From Collinsella aerofaciens (GTDB taxonomy: Bacteria; Actinomycetota; Coriobacteriia; Coriobacteriales; Coriobacteriaceae), in assembly GCA_905199455.1 (NCBI GenBank), contig CAJKGV010000001.1:1-46669 (forward strand): 46,669 bases of DNA. The letters run 5' to 3'. The first letter of the stretch is position 1; every line of letters starts with the position of its first letter. Shown in pieces: positions 15,409 to 22,925 of this stretch. The position numbers and the translations under genes are program-made. The notes under the pieces were generated by a model, which saw only the letters and a program-made list of their open reading frames with translations, was not told the DNA's origin and did no database searches.

Positions 15409-18186
15409 ATGATTCTCAACGGACCGGGAATTAGCTACACCGAGCCCGACATCGGTTCGGAGTTCGTGCCGCCGCTGCCGGAGCATCCGCGCGAGGCAAT
15501 CGTCAAACTGTGTGAGCACTGCACCAACCGTCTGCTGCATCGCGACGAGCTGCTGGGCTACGAGTACTGGTCGTTTGCCGAGGCCGCAACCGACGAGCAG
15601 GCCGAAGTGCTCTGCAAGATGAAGATGCGCCGTCCCTACACGCTGCCCGAGATGGTCAAGCTCACCGGCATGCCCGAGGCTGATATCGAGAAGATGCTCG
15701 ACGACATGAGCTACACGGGCCTGCTCGAGTACAACTGGGAAAACCCCGAGCGCGCCAAGCAGTGGGTGCTGCCCATGCTGGTGCCGGGTTCCGCCGAGTT
15801 CCTCAACATGCGCGTGGGCCAGCTCGAGGAGCACCCGGTCTACGCTAAGTTCTTTGAACAGGCGTCCAAGGGACCGCTGTCCAAGGCCACGCCGATGGTG
15901 CCGCCCGGAGGCGCCGGTATCGGCATGCACGTCATTCCGGTCGAGAAGGCCATTGACGCCGCGAGCACGTCGGTGCCTATTGAGCATATCGAGCATTGGC
16001 TCGACAAATACGAGGGTAAATATGCCGCTAGCACCTGCAGCTGCCGCGCGAGCCGTCGCGTGATGGGTGAGGGCTGCGCCGACGACCCGGCCGATTGGTG
16101 CATCGCCGTGGGCGATATGGCCGACTACGTGGTCGAGACCGATCGTGGCCATTATGTAACGCGCGACGAGGTCTACGACATCCTGCGCCAGGCCGAGGAC
16201 AACGGCTTTGTGCACCAGATCACCAACATCGACGGCGAGAACAAAATCTTCGCCATCTGCAACTGCAACGTCAACGTGTGCTATGCCCTGCGCACCTCGC
16301 AGCTGTTCAACACGCCCAACCTGTCGCGTTCGGCCTATGTCGCCAAGGTCGAGAAGGACAAGTGCGTGGCCTGCGGTCGCTGCGTTGAGGTGTGCCCGGC
16401 CGGTGCCGCCAAGCTGGGCCAAAAGCTCTGCAGCAAAAAGGCCGGCGGCCGCGTGCCCGAGTATCCGCGCCAGGAGCTGCCCGATGCCACCAAGTGGGAC
16501 CACACCAAGTGGTCGCCCAACTACCGCAACGACAACCGCATCGAGACGCATGAGTCCGGCACCGCTCCCTGCAAGACGGCCTGCCCCGCGCACGTTGCCG
16601 TTCAGGGCTATTTGAAGCTCGCGGCTCAGGGTCGCTATGACGAGGCCCTAGCACTCATTAAGCGCGAGAACCCGCTGCCCGCTATCTGCGGCCGTGTGTG
16701 CAACCGCCGCTGTGAGGATGCCTGCACCCGCGGCCGTGTGGACGCCGCCGTGGCCATCGACGAGGTCAAGAAGTTCATCGCCCAGCGCGATCTGGATGCC
16801 GCGACCCGCTATGTCCCGCCTGTGGTGACCCCGACGCGTGCCGGCGGCTTCGACCAGAAGATCGCCATCATCGGTGCCGGTCCGGCCGGCCTGTCCTGCG
16901 CTTTCTACTTGGCCGAGAAGGGCTACAAACCTGTCGTGTTCGAGAAGAACGAGCGCCCGGGCGGCATGCTCACCTACGGCATTCCCAGCTTTAAGCTGCA
17001 GAAGGATGTTATCGAGGCCGAGGTCGAGATCATTCGCCTGATGGGTGCCGAGTTCCGCTATGGCGTGGAAGTCGGTCGCGACGTGACGCTCGACGAGCTG
17101 CGCGCGCAGGGCTTTAAGGCCTTCTACGTTGCCATTGGCTGCCAGGGCGGCCGCCTTGCCGGCATTCCGGGCGAGAGTGCCGAGGACGTGACCGTGGCCG
17201 TCGACTTCCTTCGCGAGGTTAACAGCGGCAAGATCGATACCCTGTCCGGCCGCACCATTGTGGTGGGCGGCGGCAACGTGGCCATCGACGTTGCCCGCAA
17301 CGCCTGCCGTCTGGGCTCTGAGCACGTTGAGATGTTCTGCCTGGAGAGCGAGGCCCAGATGCCCGCCAGCGAGGAGGAACGTCGCGAGGCCGTTGAGGAC
17401 GGCGCTCACATCAGCTGCGGCTGGGGCCCCAAGGAGATTCACCTGGACGAGGCCGGTCGTGTGTGCGGTATCACCTTCAAGCGCTGCACGCGTGTCTTTG
17501 ACGACGAGGGCCGTTTTGCGCCCGAGTACGACGAGAACGATCTGCGCCGTGTCGATGCCGACCGTGTCGTCATGTCAATTGGCCAGTCCATTGTGTGGGG
17601 CGACCTGCTGGCTGGCTCCAAGGTGGAGCTCGGCCGCGGCCAGGGTGCCCTTGCCGATCCCCAGACCTACCAGACCGCCGAGCCAGACATCTTTGTGGGC
17701 GGCGACGTCTACACCGGCCCCAGCTTTGCCATCGACGCCATCGCCGCCGGCCACGAGGCCGCCGTGTCCATCCATCGCTTTGTGCAGCCGGGCTCCACGC
17801 TCACCATCGGCCGCAACCAGCGCCGCTACACCGCGCTCGACCGCGACGACGTTGTGCTCGAGAGCTACGACAACGCGAGCCGCGAGGTTGCGCATGTGGA
17901 CCGCGAACGCGAGAAGGCTGCGCCGTTTAGCGAGTATGTTGAGACCTTTACCGAGGAGCAGGTGCGCGCCGAGACCGCCCGCTGCCTGGGCTGCGGCGCC
18001 TCGATCGTCGACCCCAACAAGTGCATCGGCTGCGGCCTGTGCACCACCAAGTGCGCGTTTGACGCCATCCATCTGGATCGCGATCGCCCCGAGTGCTCAA
18101 CGATGGTCAAATACGAGCAAAAGCTCCCAAGCCTCGGCAAGTACGCATTGAAACGTGCAATTAAGATCAAATTTGGGAAGAAGTAA
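15409..18186 (+). CDS. Large FAD/NAD(P)H-dependent Fe-S oxidoreductase (Cys-rich N-domain, ferredoxin, GltD-like core, C-terminal ferredoxin)
   Basis: Motifs CSCR/ICNC, CVACGRCVEVCP, PCKTACP, ICGRVC...CEDAC, GAGPAG, GGGNVAID, RCLGC and CIGCGLCTTKC. Confidence 0.92.
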   Translation: MILNGPGISYTEPDIGSEFVPPLPEHPREAIVKLCEHCTNRLLHRDELLGYEYWSFAEAATDEQAEVLCKMKMRRPYTLPEMVKLTGMPEADIEKMLDDMSYTGLLEYNWENPERAKQWVLPMLVPGSAEFLNMRVGQLEEHPVYAKFFEQASKGPLSKATPMVPPGGAGIGMHVIPVEKAIDAASTSVPIEHIEHWLDKYEGKYAASTCSCRASRRVMGEGCADDPADWCIAVGDMADYVVETDRGHYVTRDEVYDILRQAEDNGFVHQITNIDGENKIFAICNCNVNVCYALRTSQLFNTPNLSRSAYVAKVEKDKCVACGRCVEVCPAGAAKLGQKLCSKKAGGRVPEYPRQELPDATKWDHTKWSPNYRNDNRIETHESGTAPCKTACPAHVAVQGYLKLAAQGRYDEALALIKRENPLPAICGRVCNRRCEDACTRGRVDAAVAIDEVKKFIAQRDLDAATRYVPPVVTPTRAGGFDQKIAIIGAGPAGLSCAFYLAEKGYKPVVFEKNERPGGMLTYGIPSFKLQKDVIEAEVEIIRLMGAEFRYGVEVGRDVTLDELRAQGFKAFYVAIGCQGGRLAGIPGESAEDVTVAVDFLREVNSGKIDTLSGRTIVVGGGNVAIDVARNACRLGSEHVEMFCLESEAQMPASEEERREAVEDGAHISCGWGPKEIHLDEAGRVCGITFKRCTRVFDDEGRFAPEYDENDLRRVDADRVVMSIGQSIVWGDLLAGSKVELGRGQGALADPQTYQTAEPDIFVGGDVYTGPSFAIDAIAAGHEAAVSIHRFVQPGSTLTIGRNQRRYTALDRDDVVLESYDNASREVAHVDREREKAAPFSEYVETFTEEQVRAETARCLGCGASIVDPNKCIGCGLCTTKCAFDAIHLDRDRPECSTMVKYEQKLPSLGKYALKRAIKIKFGKK

Positions 18187-18204
18187 GAGACCTAACAAGT
18201 AAGT

Positions 18205-18355
18205 GAACGGCGCAGAGGGCGGTTGGACAGCGAGCGGGTCCCAGGCGTGGCGAGGTGCCTTGAAAGAGGAGGGCATAGGGCTTTTGCCCATGCCCGACGA
18301 TTGAAAGGCAGATCGCCCGTCTGGGACTCGCGCAGCGTCAAGCCGACCGCCGTTC
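18205..18355. repeat. About 150-bp imperfect palindromic intergenic element
   Basis: Nested pairs GAACGGCG/CGCCGTTC, GTCCCAGGCG/CGTCTGGGAC, GGCGA/TCGCC, TGCCTT/AAGGCA and GGGCAT/ATGCCC. Confidence 0.75.
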
Positions 18356-18380
18356 GTTAGAACGGCGGAAGGAATTAAAA

Positions 18381-18806
18381 GTGCACGAGCTCGGAATCGT
18401 CTATCACATCATTCGCGATGTCGAGAACGTGGCGCGCGCCAATGGCGTGCGTCGCGTTTCGAGCGTGACGTTGCTGCTGGGCGAGGTCTCGGGCGTCGTT
18501 CCCGACTTGCTGCTTGACGCTTGGCGCTGGGCGGCAGATAAAAAGCCTATCACCGAGGGAGCGGAGCTTATCGTGGAGCCCGTCAACGCCGTGACGCATT
18601 GCGAGGCGTGCGGCCACGACTATGCGACGGTCGAGCATGGCAAGACCTGTCCCCATTGCGGTAGCGGCGATACCTATCTGCTCCAGGGCCAGGAGGTCAT
18701 GATCAAGCAGATCGAGACCCCCGACGAGGACCCGGCAGACGCTGTCCCCGACGTCCCCGACGTCCCCGACGCCGTCGACGCCGCCAACCCCCTCCACATC
18801 GCCTAA
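18381..18806 (+). CDS. hypA: Nickel metallochaperone HypA with acidic C-terminal tail
   Basis: MHELG start, GEVSGV, CEAC and CPHC zinc motifs, G.E..IKQIE. Confidence 0.92.
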   Translation: MHELGIVYHIIRDVENVARANGVRRVSSVTLLLGEVSGVVPDLLLDAWRWAADKKPITEGAELIVEPVNAVTHCEACGHDYATVEHGKTCPHCGSGDTYLLQGQEVMIKQIETPDEDPADAVPDVPDVPDAVDAANPLHIA

Positions 18807-18830
18807 CATCCAATGACTACATGGGCTAGA

Positions 18831-19074
18831 GTTCTAAACATATTTGCTTCGGTTAGTCAAGCCATGTCTGTTTAAACAAAATAGTAGCAGTACAAGTACA
18901 TTCGCACTTGCTTAAAATCATTATTAATGAACAGCCTGCTTATATCTGTAAAGTACATGGCTTGATGAGCAACGCTTTGGCGGGTAATGAGTCGAAAAGC
19001 AGCAACGTAACCAATTTGTAACAAACTTAGACGTTTAAACAAATAATCCAACCTTTTGCGAATTTAGCTATAAT
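18831..19074 (+). promoter_or_regulatory. AT-rich PTS promoter region with repeated GTTTAAACAAA boxes and -10 TATAAT
   Basis: GTTTAAACAAA at 18870 and 19033, degenerate GTTCTAAACA at 18831, TATAAT at 19069-19074. Confidence 0.55.
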
Positions 19075-19144
19075 TCCACAATCCAAACAGGTATACTCCT
19101 TTCATGTCGTGTAGGAAATACGTAGACAAAAAGGAGGTTATGTG

Positions 19145-20134
19145 ATGGTAAGTATTGTTCTTGCTAGCCACGGGGACTTGGCAGCTGGAATCAAGCAGAC
19201 GGGCTCGATGGTCTTTGGCGATCAGCCGTCTGTTGCCGTGGTCTCGCTCGAGCCGAGCATGGGCCCCGACGATTTCCGTGCCAAGGTCGAGGAAGCAGTC
19301 GCTTCCTTCGAGGACCAGGAGCAGGTGCTCTTCCTCGTTGATCTGTGGGGCGGCACGCCGTTCAATCAGATCAGCGGGCTCATCGAGGGCCACGATTCCT
19401 GGGCTATCGTCACCGGTGTCAACCTGCCTATGCTCATCGAGGCATATTCGCAGCGCTTTGACGCAAAGAACACTGCACATGCGATCGCAAAACATCTCGT
19501 GACTGAGGCTAAGGCTGGCGTGCGCGTCAAGCCCGAGTCTCTGGAGCCCGAGGAGAAGAAGCCGGCTGCGGCCGCCGCTGCTCCTGCAGGCGCCATCCCT
19601 CCGGGAACGGTCATCGGCGACGGGCACATCAAGATTGCCCACGTCCGTATCGACACCCGTCTGCTTCATGGTCAGGTGGCCACCACGTGGACCAAGCAGA
19701 TCAACCCCAACCGCATCATCGTGGTTTCCGACGGCGTTGCTCACGACGAGCTCCGCAAGACCATGATCGAGCAGGCTGCCCCTCCGGGAGTCCATGCCAA
19801 CGTCGTGCCTATCAAGAAGATGGCCGAGGTCGTCAAGGACACGCGTTTTGGTGACACCAAGGCCATGCTGCTCTTCGAGAACCCGCAGGATCTGCTCAAG
19901 GCCATCGAGGCCGGCGTCGACATCAAGGAAGTCAACATCGGTTCCATGGCTCACTCCAAGGGCAAGGTCGTCGTCACCAACGCCGTCGCTATGGGCGATG
20001 ACGACGTCAAGACTCTCGAGGCCCTCAAGGCCAAGGGCGTCAAGTTCGAGGTCCGCAAGGTTCCTTCGGATTCCTCCGAGGATCTCGACGCCATGTTGAA
20101 GAAAGCTAAGGCCGAACTGGCCGCTCAAGCATAG
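19145..20134 (+). CDS. manX: PTS mannose-family EIIAB
   Basis: IIA motifs LASHG, VDLWGGTPFN and TGVNLPML; Ala/Pro linker; IIB motif RIDTRLLHGQV. AAGGAGG RBS. Confidence 0.96.
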   Translation: MVSIVLASHGDLAAGIKQTGSMVFGDQPSVAVVSLEPSMGPDDFRAKVEEAVASFEDQEQVLFLVDLWGGTPFNQISGLIEGHDSWAIVTGVNLPMLIEAYSQRFDAKNTAHAIAKHLVTEAKAGVRVKPESLEPEEKKPAAAAAAPAGAIPPGTVIGDGHIKIAHVRIDTRLLHGQVATTWTKQINPNRIIVVSDGVAHDELRKTMIEQAAPPGVHANVVPIKKMAEVVKDTRFGDTKAMLLFENPQDLLKAIEAGVDIKEVNIGSMAHSKGKVVVTNAVAMGDDDVKTLEALKAKGVKFEVRKVPSDSSEDLDAMLKKAKAELAAQA

Positions 20135-20152
20135 TAAAGGAGGGTCCGATAC

Positions 20153-20971
20153 ATGTCTGCAATCACTATTCTGCTTGTTGCGATTGTCGCGTTGCTTGCC
20201 GGTATGGAAGGCATTCTGGATGAGTTCCAGTTCCATCAGCCGCTCGTGGCATGCACGCTTATCGGTCTCGTAACCGGTCACCTTCAGGAGGGTATCCTCC
20301 TGGGCGGTTCGCTCCAGATGATGGCCCTTGGCTGGGCTAACGTCGGCGCCGCTGTCGCGCCTGACGCCGCTCTGGCCTCGGTCGCTTCTTCGATCATCAT
20401 GGTGCTCGCCCTCAACGGTGGCGCCACCGATTCGGCCAAGGCCGTTACCACCGCTATCGCCGTCGCCGTCCCGCTGTCGGTCGCTGGTCTGTTCCTGACC
20501 ATGATCTGCCGTACCATTGCTACCGCTATCGCTCACGCCATGGACGGTTGCGCCGAGAAGGGCGACTTCTCCGGCATCGAGCGCTGGCAGTATGCTGCCA
20601 TCCTCATGCAGGGCCTTCGTATCGCCATCCCGGCAGTGCTTCTGTGCGTCATCCCGGCCGAGGCCGTTACCAACGCGCTTAACGCTATGCCCGACTGGCT
20701 GTCCGGCGGCATGGCTGTCGGCGGCGGCATGGTCGCTTCCGTCGGTTACGCCATGGTCATCAACATGATGGCCACCAAGGAGACCTGGCCGTTCTTCGTC
20801 CTCGGCTTTGTCCTTGCTGCCATCCCTCAGCTCACGCTGATCGCCCTTGGCCTCATCGGCATCTCCCTTGCCCTCATCTACCTTGGCCTTAAGGATCTGG
20901 CCAAGCAGGGTGGCGGCATGGGCGGTGGCTCCGGCGACCCGCTCGGCGACATTCTGAACGATTACGAGTAG
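20153..20971 (+). CDS. manY: PTS mannose-family EIIC
   Basis: LDEFQFHQPLVACTLIGL, LGWANVGAAVAPD, VGYAMVINMM and C-terminal DPLGDILNDY. Confidence 0.96.
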   Translation: MSAITILLVAIVALLAGMEGILDEFQFHQPLVACTLIGLVTGHLQEGILLGGSLQMMALGWANVGAAVAPDAALASVASSIIMVLALNGGATDSAKAVTTAIAVAVPLSVAGLFLTMICRTIATAIAHAMDGCAEKGDFSGIERWQYAAILMQGLRIAIPAVLLCVIPAEAVTNALNAMPDWLSGGMAVGGGMVASVGYAMVINMMATKETWPFFVLGFVLAAIPQLTLIALGLIGISLALIYLGLKDLAKQGGGMGGGSGDPLGDILNDYE

Positions 20972-20987
20972 GAGGGGAGTGATACAT

Positions 20988-21908
20988 ATGGCAGAGAACA
21001 AGATTCAGCTCACCAAGGCTGACCGCAAGAAGGTTTGCTTCCGTCATCAGTTCCTTCAGGGCTCGTGGAACTACGAGCGTATGCAGAACGGCGGCTGGTG
21101 CTTCGCAATGATCCCTGCGATCAAGAAGCTCTACACCAGCAAGGATGACCAGATTGCCGCTCTTAAGCGCCACCTGGAGTTCTATAACACCCACCCCTAT
21201 GTTTCCGCCCCCGTCATTGGCGTTACCCTCGCCCTCGAGGAGGAGCGCGCCAACGGTGCTCCGATTGATGACGTCGCCATCCAGGGCGTCAAGGTCGGTA
21301 TGATGGGCCCGCTCGCCGGCGTCGGTGACCCCGTCTTCTGGTTCACCCTTCGCCCGATTCTGGGCGCTCTGGGCGCTTCCCTGGCCATGTCCGGCAGCAT
21401 CGTCGGTCCGCTGCTGTTCTTCTTCGCGTGGAACATCATCCGTTACGCTTTCCTGTGGTACACGCAGGAGTTTGGCTACAAGGTCGGCTCCTCCATCGCC
21501 AAGGACCTCTCCGGTGGTCTGATGGGCAAGGTCACCGAGGGCGCTTCCATCCTGGGTATGTTCATCATCGGCGCCCTGGTCGAGCGTTGGGTGTCCATTT
21601 CCTTCACCCCGATCGTCTCCACGGTCAAGCAGTCTGCTGGCGCCTTTATCGACTGGGCTAGCCTGCCCTCCGGTTCCGAGGGTATCAAGGAAGCGCTGAC
21701 GATGTACAACTCCGTCGGTGCTACCGCCCTTGATCAGATGAAGGTCACCACGCTTCAGGCCAACCTCGATCAGCTCATCCCCGGCCTTGCCGCCGTGTGC
21801 CTGACCCTGCTGGTCTGCAAGCTCCTCAAGAAGAAGGTCAGCCCGATCGTCATCATCTTGGCTCTCTTCGCCGTCGGCATCATCGGTCGCTTCTGCGGCT
21901 TCATGTAA
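20988..21908 (+). CDS. manZ: PTS mannose-family EIID
   Basis: QGSWNYERMQN, RHLEFYNTHPY, GMMGPLAGVGDPVFW and LDQLIPG. Confidence 0.96.
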   Translation: MAENKIQLTKADRKKVCFRHQFLQGSWNYERMQNGGWCFAMIPAIKKLYTSKDDQIAALKRHLEFYNTHPYVSAPVIGVTLALEEERANGAPIDDVAIQGVKVGMMGPLAGVGDPVFWFTLRPILGALGASLAMSGSIVGPLLFFFAWNIIRYAFLWYTQEFGYKVGSSIAKDLSGGLMGKVTEGASILGMFIIGALVERWVSISFTPIVSTVKQSAGAFIDWASLPSGSEGIKEALTMYNSVGATALDQMKVTTLQANLDQLIPGLAAVCLTLLVCKLLKKKVSPIVIILALFAVGIIGRFCGFM

Positions 21909-22028
21909 GCACGCTTCGGCTTAAGACCGAGAGTTGCTAGGCAAGGGCTTTTGAGCCATTGAAACGGACCGCACCCGGTGGGTACACTGGATGCGGTCCG
22001 ATTGTTTTTATTGGAGGGCGAGGCGCGT

Positions 22029-22427
22029 ATGGCGCAATCTCAGAACAGCACGGTCGATCTGGCAACGCCGGCAACCTGCCTGATGGGGCTTACCAGCCAC
22101 GGTAACGTGATGGTGGGCAATAAGGCGTTTGAGTACTATAACGAGCGCAATCCCGAGGATTATATTCAAATCCCGTGGGACGAGGTCGACTATATTGCCG
22201 CCGAGGTTTTGCGCGGCACCAAGAAGATCACGCGTTTTGCCATCTTCACCAAGGACAACGGTCACTTTACGTTTTCGACGCGCGACGACAAAGAGACGCT
22301 TCGTGCGGTCCGCAAGTACGTCGATGAGGATAAGCTCGTGCGTTCGCCCGACTTTATCGATGTGACGGCCAAGGGCGCCAAGAGCATTCCTTCCGTTATC
22401 AAAAACCTCTTCCACAAAGGCAACTAG
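22029..22427 (+). CDS. DUF956-family protein (ManO-like)
   Basis: MAQSQNSTVDL, GNKAFEYYNERNPEDYIQIPWDEV. Located after EIID as in Firmicutes manLMNO operons. Confidence 0.9.
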   Translation: MAQSQNSTVDLATPATCLMGLTSHGNVMVGNKAFEYYNERNPEDYIQIPWDEVDYIAAEVLRGTKKITRFAIFTKDNGHFTFSTRDDKETLRAVRKYVDEDKLVRSPDFIDVTAKGAKSIPSVIKNLFHKGN

Positions 22428-22435
22428 TCGTTGGG

Positions 22436-22491
22436 TAGTCGTCTGCGACGCTCTTAAACGACCAGTCATTAAAGAACGTCGCAGACGACTA
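22436..22491. repeat. Palindrome made of two inverted degenerate REP-like units
   Basis: Perfect 15-bp arms TAGTCGTCTGCGACG/CGTCGCAGACGACTA. Each half reads TAGTCGTCT-GCGACG(C/T)TCTT-WAAYGACYR. Confidence 0.8.
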
Positions 22492-22552
22492 TCTCGAAGA
22501 GCGGCTATGCGCTGCATGGTAGTGGCGCAAATCTGCTACACTAGTACAACAT

Positions 22553-22628
22553 GCCTCCGTAGCTCAGGGGATAGAGCACCGCTCTCCTAAAGCGGGTGTC
22601 GACGGTTCGAATCCGCCCGGGGGCACCA
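22553..22628 (+). tRNA. tRNA-Arg (anticodon CCT)
   Basis: 76-nt cloverleaf: acceptor GCCTCCG/CGGGGGC, anticodon arm CCGCT-CTCCTAA-AGCGG, T loop TTCGAAT, encoded CCA. Confidence 0.97.
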
Positions 22629-22638
22629 GAGGAATATC

Positions 22639-22671
22639 GAGCCCGGTACCACTACGGTGCCGGGCTCTTCT
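22639..22671 (+). terminator. Terminator-like hairpin after tRNA-Arg (duplicated at 22767-22799)
   Basis: GAGCCCGGTACC-ACTAC-GGTGCCGGGCTC-TTCT. Confidence 0.75.
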
Positions 22672-22683
22672 GGTCTAAAGGCC

Positions 22684-22808
22684 GGATTCGGACCGTCGAC
22701 ACCCGCGTCACCAATTTCCCTGCGGGGGGAGTTTTCGAATCCGCCCGGGGGCACCAGAAATTTGCCGAGCCCGGTACCACCACGGTGCCGGGCTCTTCTG
22801 GTTTAAGG
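22684..22808. repeat. tRNA-linked repeat: antisense copy of the tRNA 3' half, then sense copy of the 3' end plus terminator
   Basis: 22684-22706 is the reverse complement of 22592-22614 (22/23). 22734-22758 is identical to 22606-22630. Confidence 0.9.
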
Positions 22809-22835
22809 CATACCGTAGTATTCGCTGCTTCAGAT

Positions 22836-22873
22836 AAAGAAAGCGCCCGCTTGCTGGGGAAGCAAGCGGGCGC
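22836..22873 (-). terminator. Intrinsic terminator of pknB
   Basis: 13-bp stem GCGCCCGCTTGCT/AGCAAGCGGGCGC with an A-rich run on its left. Confidence 0.8.
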
Positions 22874-22925
22874 CTGTGAGCGAATATGTTTGCGGTGAGA
22901 GCCGTGATGAGCGGTGGGGTGGCGA

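Noticed and set aside
15409..18186. Calling the oxidoreductase gltD or hdrA
   Set aside because: It has a GltD-like core but also extra domains, and no gltB or hdrBC partner in the window.
22606..22758. Prophage or genomic island at tRNA-Arg
   Set aside because: The direct repeats are only 128 nt apart, with no integrase or cargo between them.
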